A program made the translations under genes and the position numbers. 64,000 nt of DNA from assembly GCA_965248265.1 (NCBI GenBank), contig CBDFJF010000001.1, positions 608,001 through 672,000 of the forward strand. Direction: 5' to 3'. Positions 19,315 to 28,283 of this stretch are shown here, piece by piece. The first letter of the stretch is position 1. The number at the start of each line of letters is the position of its first letter. The DNA is from Candidatus Latescibacterota bacterium (GTDB lineage Bacteria > Latescibacterota > UBA2968 > UBA8231). The notes below the pieces were generated by a model, which did not search any database, was not told the origin of the DNA, and was given only the letters and a program-made list of their open reading frames with translations.

Positions 19315-20499
19315 ATGCCCTCCCCCCTGGCAGGCAGATCCCCAGCGGCCTCGGAGTTGTTCGATATCCAGACCGTGGCCGCGGCAGTGATGCGATCATC
19401 CGCGTTGACGGAGACGTCGTTCGATGGCTCGGACGGCTCGTCGACCTTCGTCGACGCGGGTGATGCGGATCTATTGATCCGTGAGGACATATCGGGGCCG
19501 GTGCTGATAAAGGGCAAAGGCTCCGTTCTGATTGAAGGTGACCTCATCGGCGAGCCGGGTGCTCCCTGTCGCATCGAGGTTACAGGGGACGCGGTGGTCA
19601 ACGGTGAGGTCAGCCACGCCGCAGTCACCGCGGAGCGTGTCTTCGTCAAGAGCGACGTTTCCGAGGTGCACTTCACGGCCGGAGAGACCGTCCGCATTGG
19701 AGGAAATCTCACAGCTTCGCGGTTGACATTGGGAAGCTATGACGAGAATCGCCGCCGGATCGACCGCTGCGGTGTCGTCATCGACCGTGCCAAAGAGAGT
19801 GCGGAGGGAATCAGCCGGCGAGTCGACCACGAAGAGAAACGCATGGACAAGGCCTGCAGGGCCTTGCGGGTCCCACTCGACTTCAACGTCGGCAACGTGG
19901 TCCAGCATGATGAGGGCCGTGTCCGCGTGGACCTGAGTAATTTCTACCGCTCGGTCGAGGACAAGGAAGCCCGGCCGGAAATCGCCCTGGCTGAATTCTT
20001 CGCTAAAGGGGTTGTTGGAGTAGTCGCACGCACCAATCGCAAGTACCTCCTCAACTACCCGGCTCGCGAGAAAGTCTTCATGCAGTTACTCAAGAGTCTG
20101 CGTGAACTCCTCGAAATAGTCATGGAGCGGGACCGCCTGCTGGAGGAAGTGTCGACCTCGCGGGCCGAGTTGCAGGACCTGATAAGCGACCTCGCCCAGC
20201 GTCAGCCGACCGTGGCAATCCGGGGACGCGTTGCACCGGATCTCGAAATCGAGTTCATTCTCCCGCAGTCGATCCCTCTGACCGGCGGTGGATACGACTT
20301 CGCTCACAAGAGCGCGGGACTGCAGGCGCATCAGAGCAGCCTTCCCGGTCAGCTCGATTTCATCACCAGAACCGCCTCCGGCGAGCGCCGAAATGTCCTT
20401 CCTTCCGATGTGCCAGACCTGCGTGGCATCCAGCTGTTCGTCCGCGATGGTCATATCCGCTGGGACAACATCAACACCATGGAAATGCAGCACGCCTGA
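19315..20499 (+). CDS. Hypothetical protein with an N-terminal beta-helix (FapA/DUF342-like) and coiled coil
   Basis: Repeated V/I-x-I-x-G-D/N beta-solenoid segments followed by a helical region. Confidence 0.5.
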   Translation: MPSPLAGRSPAASELFDIQTVAAAVMRSSALTETSFDGSDGSSTFVDAGDADLLIREDISGPVLIKGKGSVLIEGDLIGEPGAPCRIEVTGDAVVNGEVSHAAVTAERVFVKSDVSEVHFTAGETVRIGGNLTASRLTLGSYDENRRRIDRCGVVIDRAKESAEGISRRVDHEEKRMDKACRALRVPLDFNVGNVVQHDEGRVRVDLSNFYRSVEDKEARPEIALAEFFAKGVVGVVARTNRKYLLNYPAREKVFMQLLKSLRELLEIVMERDRLLEEVSTSRAELQDLISDLAQRQPTVAIRGRVAPDLEIEFILPQSIPLTGGGYDFAHKSAGLQAHQSSLPGQLDFITRTASGERRNVLPSDVPDLRGIQLFVRDGHIRWDNINTMEMQHA

Positions 20500-20556
20500 C
20501 GTCAACCCGGGACGACCAACCTCCCCCTCCTCCCGCAACACAGGAGTTGCGGTGCC

Positions 20557-21132
20557 GTGCGCATCGTAACGGGCACCCTGAAGGGAAGGGTCATCCCCTT
20601 CAACCCGCGGCGCCACGGCGATGTCCGGGGCACCTCGTCTCGTCTCAAGGAGTCCCTCTTCGCCATGCTGGGCGCTGACCTCGACGCCACGGCCTTCCTG
20701 GATCTGTGCGCCGGCACCGGTCAGATGGCTCTGGAAGCCGCCAGCCGCGGATCCCGCGTCGTCGCCTCCGAGCCGGACCAGAGACGGTATGGGTTTCTGA
20801 AGAAGCTGGTCAGCGAGTGGAATGTTGAAGCCATTGAGCTGATCAACGCCAAGGCTCAGACTGTGATCGAGCGCCTCCAGGAGCAGGAGGAAGGGGCATT
20901 CCATTGCGTCTTTATCGATCCCCCCTACGAGGCCACGGCCGCAGGAGAACCGCTATCTGTGGTCCTGTTGAACCGTGTCGCCGAGGCCAACCTGTGCGCC
21001 GCTGACAGCATCGTCGCCGTGCAACACTTCAAGCGACTGGAGCTGCCCGAAAGCAGCGGCCGGCTACGCCTGCAACGCCAGCGGCGTTTCGGTGACTCGC
21101 TGTTGAGCCTGTACGAAATGGGCCCTTCTTGA
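20557..21132 (+). CDS. rsmD: 16S rRNA m2G966 methyltransferase
   Basis: MRIVTGTLKGR, LKESLF, LDLCAGTG, DPPY. Confidence 0.88.
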   Translation: MRIVTGTLKGRVIPFNPRRHGDVRGTSSRLKESLFAMLGADLDATAFLDLCAGTGQMALEAASRGSRVVASEPDQRRYGFLKKLVSEWNVEAIELINAKAQTVIERLQEQEEGAFHCVFIDPPYEATAAGEPLSVVLLNRVAEANLCAADSIVAVQHFKRLELPESSGRLRLQRQRRFGDSLLSLYEMGPS

Positions 21133-21164
21133 TCCCGAAACGGCGCTCCAGTATCCTTGCCTGA

Positions 21165-22253
21165 ATGAAGATCACTTCCGTCACCGCTACGGCCGTGAGC
21201 GTGCCGAGGGTGCAATCATTCCTGAGCAGTCTCGGAACCCACACCTACACCGAGAATGCGGTGGTCGAAGTCACCACGGACGAGGGCATTTCCGGTTTTG
21301 GTGAGGCCGCCAGCGTCTGGGAACGCAAGGGCCGCGGTGAGGCCGATTCCATCAACGATGCGTTGGCCAACGTCGTCATCGGCACTGATCCCTTCCGCAT
21401 CAACCAGACGGTGGCGCTCATGAACCAGCGCCTGCCAGATGCCTGGCCCGCCAAATCCGGAATCGAGATGGCCTTGTTCGACGTCGTCGGCAAGGCTTTG
21501 GGCCGGCCGGTCTACGATCTGCTGGGAGGCTGTGTTCGTGACCGTCTGCCGCTGAGTCGCTCCCTGTCGATGGGTCCCGTCGACGACGTCGTCGCTCAGG
21601 CGCGTCTCCTCGCGGACGAAGGCTACAAGACGCTGAAAGCAAAAATCGGCCGGGATGCGGTAGCAGACCGGGCCATTGTCGCCGCCCTGCGTGAGGCCTT
21701 CCCGGAAATCATATTGCGTGTCGACGCCAACATGGGCTGGCAGCCTGATGATGCGGTGCGCCACATCCGCGCCCTCGAGGAGTTCGATCTGGAACTGGTT
21801 GAGCAACCAGTACCCGGTGACGACCTTGATGGCATGCGATTGATCCGGGAGGCCGTCGAAGTACCGATCATGGCGGACGAATCCGTGTGGACATCCGCCC
21901 ACGCGCTCGCCTGTATCAAGGCCAATGCCGCGGATATCTTCAATGTCTATGTCGCAGAAGCCGGCGGTCTCGCTGCTGCGACTGCCGTTTTTACCCTCGC
22001 GGAAGCAGCGGGTATCCCCTGCGTGATCGGCTCGATGCCGGAACTCGGCATCGGCACCGCCGCCCAGGCCCATCTCGCCTTCGCCATGCGCAACATCGGT
22101 TTTGGTTGTGACGTCAATGGGTTCGTCTATCAGAGCGACGATGTCTGTGACCATGGGTTGAGGATCGAAGACGGCTATCTTTACCCCCCTCGCGGTCCGG
22201 GACTTGGCGTCGATGTCGACAGGGCCCGGGTCGACCAGTACCGCGTCGCCTGA
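21165..22253 (+). CDS. Enolase superfamily, muconate cycloisomerase-like protein
   Basis: KAKIG, RVDAN, EQPV, ADES, GPGLGV. Confidence 0.88.
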   Translation: MKITSVTATAVSVPRVQSFLSSLGTHTYTENAVVEVTTDEGISGFGEAASVWERKGRGEADSINDALANVVIGTDPFRINQTVALMNQRLPDAWPAKSGIEMALFDVVGKALGRPVYDLLGGCVRDRLPLSRSLSMGPVDDVVAQARLLADEGYKTLKAKIGRDAVADRAIVAALREAFPEIILRVDANMGWQPDDAVRHIRALEEFDLELVEQPVPGDDLDGMRLIREAVEVPIMADESVWTSAHALACIKANAADIFNVYVAEAGGLAAATAVFTLAEAAGIPCVIGSMPELGIGTAAQAHLAFAMRNIGFGCDVNGFVYQSDDVCDHGLRIEDGYLYPPRGPGLGVDVDRARVDQYRVA

Positions 22254-22265
22254 GGCAGCTGCACT

Positions 22266-23027
22266 ATGCGCTTTCGACCTTGCATCGACCTCCACCAGGG
22301 GGTGGTGAAGCAGATCGTCGGTTCGACTCTGGAGAATGGCACGGACACGCCGGAGACCAATTTCGCTTCCAGCGAGCACTCTGCCGCCGATTTTGCCGCT
22401 CTTTATCGGCGTGACAACCTGTCAGGCGGCCACGTCATCAAGCTGGGGCCCGGCAATGATGAGGCCGCTGCCGCTGCCCTGGCGGCATACCCGGCAGGTC
22501 TGCATCTGGGTGGTGGTATCACGGGCGACAACGCTGAAGACTGGTTGAGCAAGGGTGCCGCGGCCATCATCGTCACCTCATACGTGTTCAGCGATGGCCA
22601 GCTCAATCGAGACCATCTCGAGCAGCTGGCGCATAGTGTAGGGACCGACAAACTGGTGCTGGACCTGAGCTGTACCCGACGTGGCGATCAGTATGTCGTG
22701 GCCACGGAGCGCTGGCAGAATCTGACGGATTTCGTCGTCGATGGGGCAAACCTGAAGTTCCTCGCGGATTATTGTTGCGAGTTTCTCGTCCACGCCACCG
22801 AGCGCGAAGGTAAGCAGGAAGGGATCGATGCGGAGCTGGTGCGACTACTGGGCGCGGAGTCACCGATCGCGACTGTCTACGCCGGCGGCATCCGCAGTAT
22901 GGAGGATATCGAGACGGTGAGACAGCAAGGTGGAGGCCGCCTCGACTATACCGTCGGCAGCGCCCTGGACATCTTCGGTGGCAACGGCGTCCGCTACGAC
23001 GACCTCGTCAGCCTGAATCGGAGTTGA
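22266..23027 (+). CDS. hisA: ProFAR isomerase, eukaryotic/His6-like type
   Basis: MRFRPCIDLHQGVVKQIVG, GGHVIKLG and TVGSALDIFGG are typical of the His6-type clade. Confidence 0.9.
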   Translation: MRFRPCIDLHQGVVKQIVGSTLENGTDTPETNFASSEHSAADFAALYRRDNLSGGHVIKLGPGNDEAAAAALAAYPAGLHLGGGITGDNAEDWLSKGAAAIIVTSYVFSDGQLNRDHLEQLAHSVGTDKLVLDLSCTRRGDQYVVATERWQNLTDFVVDGANLKFLADYCCEFLVHATEREGKQEGIDAELVRLLGAESPIATVYAGGIRSMEDIETVRQQGGGRLDYTVGSALDIFGGNGVRYDDLVSLNRS

Positions 23028-23031
23028 CGGC

Positions 23032-24390
23032 TCAGCTGCCGCCCGTCCATTTGAGGTAGAGGTTGATGGCGGTGAAGTTGATGATCACCCAAATCGTCAG
23101 CATCAAGCCCAGTTCCGCCCACATCGGCATGCGAACCTTGCTGGCCGTGCGCATGGCTAGGTGTACGATGCCGTACGCCAACGGGATCAACAACAGGTTG
23201 TTGGCGTTGGCCCCCAGCAGCAGCAGAAAGAACGGATTCTTACCGTACCCCCAGAGCACGAACAACCACAACAGCGGAAATCCGATCTGCAGCGCACGCA
23301 GAGTCATCCGCCGGGCTTCTTCGCGATCCAATGCAGCAACCCCTATGTGGCGCAGGAAGTCAATACCGATACGACCAGAGCTGGCGGCGAAGACAAGCAG
23401 CGTCGAGAACAGGGTACAGAAGGCACCGAAAAGGAAGACTCCTTCCGCCCAAGTCCCGATCGATTCGGTGAATATCAGCGAGACCTGTTCAACGACCTTG
23501 AAGCCCTCGGGAATGACGTTGAGCTTGTTCAATATGGATGCACCCAACAGGTAATAGGCACACGTGATCACCAGGGCGATCGCCGTGCACACAGAGGCGT
23601 CGGCGACCAGCACACGCATCCAGCCGCGATAGCGATCCCGCCAGACATCTGTATCCTCCTGAGGCCCGACGAAATCGGGGTAGCCCTTTTCCCGGATCCA
23701 GTAGGGATACATGAACAGCTCGACAGCCGTGGCTCCCACTGACCCCATCACGGCCAGTGCCACGAAGGCACCTTCGGCTGGCATGGCAAAGCGAAAGCCA
23801 GATAGCAATTGCGCGCCTGTGATCGAGTGCTCCGTCGCCTGCAGCATCAGTACGGAGCCGATGACGATCAGACTGAAGGCGGCCACCAGGAAGGTTACCA
23901 TCTTCTCCAGGTCGTTGTAGAGGCCTCGCCATAGCAGGATTGACAATAGAATCACGACAGGTAACGCCCACGCCTCTTTGCTGATGCCGTCGAAGACCGT
24001 GTTCATCAAACCGGAGACGGCGCCGAGAATGCCGACCAGAGCGAGCATGACGCCCAGGTAACCCGCCGAGCACAGCCAGGCGACCCACGAGGTGTTGCGA
24101 AAGCGGAATCCGGCTATCCGGTCGAGTGCCTGAATCGTCGTCTGATTGTGCAGCACGCACTGCCGTCCGAGCTCGACCTGGATGAAGAACTTGACCAGAC
24201 AAGCGACGATGATGCCCCACAGAAACACGAACCCGACCTCCGCCCCCATGCGTGTGGTCACCAGTAACTCGCCGGAACCCACCACGGATCCGGAGACCAC
24301 GACCCCGGGACCGATGTTGCGCAATAGTCCAAGAAGGCCACGCGGTGCTTCGCGAATCTCTCTTGCTACTGGCTCGACTCGATCTGACAT
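23032..24390 (-). CDS. Nramp-like/APC superfamily transporter
   Basis: IGPGVVVSGSVVGSGEL, multiple TM helices, YPYWIREKG. Start set at ATG 24390. Confidence 0.8.
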   Translation of the reverse strand: MSDRVEPVAREIREAPRGLLGLLRNIGPGVVVSGSVVGSGELLVTTRMGAEVGFVFLWGIIVACLVKFFIQVELGRQCVLHNQTTIQALDRIAGFRFRNTSWVAWLCSAGYLGVMLALVGILGAVSGLMNTVFDGISKEAWALPVVILLSILLWRGLYNDLEKMVTFLVAAFSLIVIGSVLMLQATEHSITGAQLLSGFRFAMPAEGAFVALAVMGSVGATAVELFMYPYWIREKGYPDFVGPQEDTDVWRDRYRGWMRVLVADASVCTAIALVITCAYYLLGASILNKLNVIPEGFKVVEQVSLIFTESIGTWAEGVFLFGAFCTLFSTLLVFAASSGRIGIDFLRHIGVAALDREEARRMTLRALQIGFPLLWLFVLWGYGKNPFFLLLLGANANNLLLIPLAYGIVHLAMRTASKVRMPMWAELGLMLTIWVIINFTAINLYLKWTGGS

Positions 24391-24470
24391 CGTCTTAGTC
24401 CTGTGCAGGGTTGGTTGTGATTGCGCTATCCACTCGCGGAATACCTGCGCGTGTTCCCTTTCGCTCGGAG

Positions 24471-25151
24471 CTACTCGGCGAACAATTGGGCGTTGCCGCG
24501 CTTGCCGGTCACCTGCAGGGCGCCCATGCGCCTGAGGCAATAGGTCATCTTGCCGGCGAGCGCCAGGCGATAGCGCGTGGCCTCGGCGAGCTCTCGATTG
24601 GTAAACGGCCGCGGCAGGTCTGCCGGCACAAAGGCGAGGAAATCGTCGGCCTTCTCGAAGATGCGTCGTTCCTCGACATCCACCAGGCGGCGGTCGTGTC
24701 GCCGCCACTCCGGGTGACGCCAGCTCCCCTTACCGTCGTAGCAGCGGACCTCTTCTTCCTGAATCAGCAACAGCTCCAACGAAAAACTGTCATGGTTGAT
24801 CAAGTCCGGAATGCTGACCAGCTCTTCGAATATGTGCTCGGCCCGCCCGCGCTTGGGTGAACGGCGGCGTCCGATCTCTTTTACCCCGTCCGCCGCGACG
24901 CGCACGATCCACTTCATGGCCGCGATCGGATGCACGAGACGCACCGTGTAGTCAGCGGTCAATTCCCGCAGCTTGCGCTTGAGCGGTGCAAACCCTCCCG
25001 TCTGGATCTCGATCAGGGTGGTTTCGTCGCGCACGATGTCGACGACATAACCGTCCACCGCGTGCTCGAGACGGTCCCCCGGACTGGCGTACCAGTCTTT
25101 GACGGCGGCGTGCAGGGACTTCTCCTGCAGCGTACCGATGCCGTTGGTCAA
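24471..25151 (-). CDS. Hypothetical protein with a PD-(D/E)XK-like nuclease motif
   Basis: IGTLQEKSLHAAVK...VVDIVR...IEIQTG pattern. Start approximate (TTG 25151). Confidence 0.55.
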   Translation of the reverse strand: MTNGIGTLQEKSLHAAVKDWYASPGDRLEHAVDGYVVDIVRDETTLIEIQTGGFAPLKRKLRELTADYTVRLVHPIAAMKWIVRVAADGVKEIGRRRSPKRGRAEHIFEELVSIPDLINHDSFSLELLLIQEEEVRCYDGKGSWRHPEWRRHDRRLVDVEERRIFEKADDFLAFVPADLPRPFTNRELAEATRYRLALAGKMTYCLRRMGALQVTGKRGNAQLFAE

Positions 25152-25255
25152 ATGATTCCTGGCCTGCGATTGCGGAGAGAGAAAACGTTGAGGGAGTGCA
25201 GCCACTCGAGTGAGCAACTGCTGAACTGAAAGGTAAGGTCAGTTGTGCAGGGCTG

Positions 25256-26794
25256 TCACGCCGCCTTCCCCGTCACCGGCAGGATGATGGTGAAGGTGGA
25301 GCCCTTTCCCGGCTCGCTTTCGACGTCGATCCGACCAGCGTGATCCTGCATGATCTGGTAGCAGATCGACAGTCCGAGACCCGTTCCCATGCCCACAGCC
25401 TTTGTGGTGTAACCCGCATCGAAGATCCTGTCGATGCGCTCGGGGTCGATACCGACTCCGTCGTCAGCGATGGCAACGTGGACTTCGTCATCGGCCGCCG
25501 ATGTGGTGATGGTGATCAGGCCGGTGCCGTCGATGGCCTGCTGTGCGTTGTTGAGAATATTGAGGAAAACCTGGTTGATGCGTCCCGCGTGGCAGGAAAC
25601 CAGGGGCAGTTGCCCGTACTGCTTAACCACTTCGATCCTGGTCTTCGTCGCATGATGAATCAGCATCAATGAATCCTCGAGGCCCTGGTGTAGATCAGCA
25701 TCCTGCATCTCGTCATCGTCGTCACGGGCGAAGTTGCGCAGGCTGCGCACGATCGTGGCGACGCGTTTGGACCCGGTCTCGATCACCTTGTGCGAATCGT
25801 CGATGACCTTCAGTGCGCGCTCCAACGGGCCACCTTCGCGACAGGCCTCCGGGCTCTTCTCCTCCACCTTACACCTGAGCTTGCCGACGGCGCGCATCAG
25901 CGTCTCGTGCATGCTGTGGATGGCGCCCACCGGGGTGTTGATCTCATGCGCGATGCCGGCGATGAGATTGCCCAGCGCGGCCATTTTTTCCGAACGCACC
26001 AACCGGTCCTTCATCTGCAGAAGCTGGGTGTTGGTCCGCCGAAGCTCCTCGCGCTCTTCCTGTCGCAGGCGCTCCTGCTGCTTGCGTTCCGTTATATCGC
26101 GCGCGAAACCGACGACGCAGTTCAGCTTTTCGTCGCTGCCCATGACCGGAAAGGCGCTGATCTCTATCTCGATCTCACGTCCATCCTTCGTCTTCGACGT
26201 TACTTCACCACGGTAGCCGCCCTGCTCCAGTTCCTTGCCGACTTCCTCGTAACTTTCCTGACCGCAATGACAGGCAGGTGTCTGGCCCTTGAGCTCCTCG
26301 GACGTGTACCCGAGCATGCGCTCGTGGGCAGGATTGACCTCCAGGTAGCGCCCTTCACAATCGTATATGGCGACGGCATCCTGGGAGTTCGTGATGATCT
26401 CTTTGTAGCGCTGCAGCTGTAGTTCAGTCTCTTTGTGCTCGGTCACATCGCGGGCGATGCCCTCGCCGCGAACGAACTCTCCGTCTTCGAACACCAGCCG
26501 CCGGTGCACCTCGTAGTGATGGGTTTCGCCCTCCTTGTCGACCATGCGCGCCTCGATGGTGCGCACCTCCTCATCCCGGCGCCGGACACTCTCCTCTATT
26601 CCGGCTCGGGCTTTCTCGAGTTCATCAGGATGGAGCAAGTCGAAGATGGACTTGCCGATCAGCTCGGAGGGAGCATACCCGAGAATCGGACCGGCCGACT
26701 CGTTGATGGATGTCAGCTTACCCTCGGCATCCATCGTGTAGACGACGTCGGGAGCGCTGTCGAGTATCAACGATATCTGGCTTTCTACATCCAT
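25256..26794 (-). CDS. PAS-PAS sensor histidine kinase
   Basis: Two PAS domains, AHEINTP H-box, QVFLNILNNA, DDGVGI, GTGLGL. Confidence 0.93.
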   Translation of the reverse strand: MDVESQISLILDSAPDVVYTMDAEGKLTSINESAGPILGYAPSELIGKSIFDLLHPDELEKARAGIEESVRRRDEEVRTIEARMVDKEGETHHYEVHRRLVFEDGEFVRGEGIARDVTEHKETELQLQRYKEIITNSQDAVAIYDCEGRYLEVNPAHERMLGYTSEELKGQTPACHCGQESYEEVGKELEQGGYRGEVTSKTKDGREIEIEISAFPVMGSDEKLNCVVGFARDITERKQQERLRQEEREELRRTNTQLLQMKDRLVRSEKMAALGNLIAGIAHEINTPVGAIHSMHETLMRAVGKLRCKVEEKSPEACREGGPLERALKVIDDSHKVIETGSKRVATIVRSLRNFARDDDDEMQDADLHQGLEDSLMLIHHATKTRIEVVKQYGQLPLVSCHAGRINQVFLNILNNAQQAIDGTGLITITTSAADDEVHVAIADDGVGIDPERIDRIFDAGYTTKAVGMGTGLGLSICYQIMQDHAGRIDVESEPGKGSTFTIILPVTGKAA

Positions 26795-26801
26795 ATGCAC
26801 A

Positions 26802-27284
26802 TCACACAAAGGCTTTGAGAATATCCGTCTGAATCCCCTGCAGATCGGAATACGCTTTGTTGATTTTGTCGATTTTCTCTCGCAGGGTGCTCAGTAATTC
26901 TTGCTTATCGAGGCCATTTCGTATTACCAGAAGCAGGTCGTCGTTATCCCAGGGCTTTTCGAGGTACTGGAAGAGCCCGACATCGTTGATCGCCTTGATC
27001 GCGTTCTCCTTGTCGGCGTATCCCGTCAGTATGATACGCGTCACGTCGGGCTTGAGATCGCGCAGCTGTCCGAGAAAGGAGATTCCGTCCATGTCCGGCA
27101 TCAGGTAGTCGGAGATCACCAGGTGGATGTCATTTTCCTTCGCGTACTCCAACGCCTCCAGTGGTGACAGAAAGGTCTGAACCTGGTAGTCCGTTTCCAG
27201 CGAAAGAAAGGACTCCAGACTGGTGAGAACCATCTGCTCGTCGTCGACGATCAGTATGCTCGGGATGCGTTCCTGTTCACTCAT
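26802..27284 (-). CDS. Response regulator receiver protein
   Basis: VDDE, ISDYLMPDMDG, EKPW; close paralog of the adjacent gene. Confidence 0.9.
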   Translation of the reverse strand: MSEQERIPSILIVDDEQMVLTSLESFLSLETDYQVQTFLSPLEALEYAKENDIHLVISDYLMPDMDGISFLGQLRDLKPDVTRIILTGYADKENAIKAINDVGLFQYLEKPWDNDDLLLVIRNGLDKQELLSTLREKIDKINKAYSDLQGIQTDILKAFV

Positions 27285-27787
27285 GAGAACGCCTTCAAGA
27301 TCTCCGTCTGGATTCCCTGCAGATCGGAGTGCGCCTTGTTGATCGCATCGATCTTGGTCCGCAACTCCTTTATCAGCTGCTGCTTCTCCAGGCCGTTGCG
27401 TATGATCAGGTGCAAGCGATCATTGTCCCACGGCTTTTCGACGTACTGGAACAAACCAACCTCGTTTATCGCCTTGATGGCATTCTCTTTATCAGAATAC
27501 CCGGTCAGAATGATGCGCGGTACGTCAGGTTGAACGGCTTTCACTTTGCCGAGAAAGGTGATGCCATCCATCTGCGGCATCAGGTAGTCCGAGATCACCA
27601 TGTCCACAGGATTCTGTGCAACGTGCTCGAGAGCTTCCTCGGGGTTGGTGAAGGTCCGGACCTCGTAGTCTGTCTCCAACATCAGGAAGGAATTGAGACT
27701 GTTGAGGACCATCTCCTCATCGTCGACGATGAGGACCACTTCGTTGGCTGGTGAGCCGTTGCTGCTACTTCCGTTCCCTTCGCTCAT
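27281..27787 (-). CDS. Response regulator receiver protein
   Basis: VDDE, ISDYLMPQMDG, EKPW. Confidence 0.9.
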   Translation of the reverse strand: MSEGNGSSSNGSPANEVVLIVDDEEMVLNSLNSFLMLETDYEVRTFTNPEEALEHVAQNPVDMVISDYLMPQMDGITFLGKVKAVQPDVPRIILTGYSDKENAIKAINEVGLFQYVEKPWDNDRLHLIIRNGLEKQQLIKELRTKIDAINKAHSDLQGIQTEILKAFS

Positions 27788-27820
27788 GTCAGATATCCTA
27801 TTGGGTTTTCCTTATGTCCG

Positions 27821-28237
27821 CTACCGCTCGCCGCCGACACGACCGATCAGACCTCGCACGCGCGAGACCAGGGCCTTCAACACGCCCTGGGTGATCTCGA
27901 CGTTGTCGGCGAGCAAGTCTATGAAGTCATCCTTGTCGAGGCGCAGCACCATGGCATCTTCGCGTGCGGTCGCAGCCGATACCCTCGGTTCCTCGTCGAA
28001 CAGGGCCCATGTGCCGAAGGCCTGGCCGGGACCGGATTCGGTGATATCGAGCTCCTCTTTGTGCAGCCGCACCTTCCCCTCGACAACCAGGTACATCGAA
28101 TCGGCGGCGTCTTTGTCGTTGTAGGCGGCGTAGTCGTGCTCCGTGACGATGGCAGCCAGGTAGGCCAACTCCTCCGCCGAAACCTGCGAGAAGATGTCCA
28201 CGTCCTGCAGGGCGATGACTTTTTCAATTGTCGTCAT
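27821..28237 (-). CDS. Cyclic nucleotide-binding domain protein
   Basis: MYLVVEGKVRL, FGTWALFDEEPRVSAATA. Confidence 0.85.
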   Translation of the reverse strand: MTTIEKVIALQDVDIFSQVSAEELAYLAAIVTEHDYAAYNDKDAADSMYLVVEGKVRLHKEELDITESGPGQAFGTWALFDEEPRVSAATAREDAMVLRLDKDDFIDLLADNVEITQGVLKALVSRVRGLIGRVGGER

Positions 28238-28283
28238 AACTTCATCATAATTAATCGTTTGGCAAGGTCAACTGGACCGGCCC

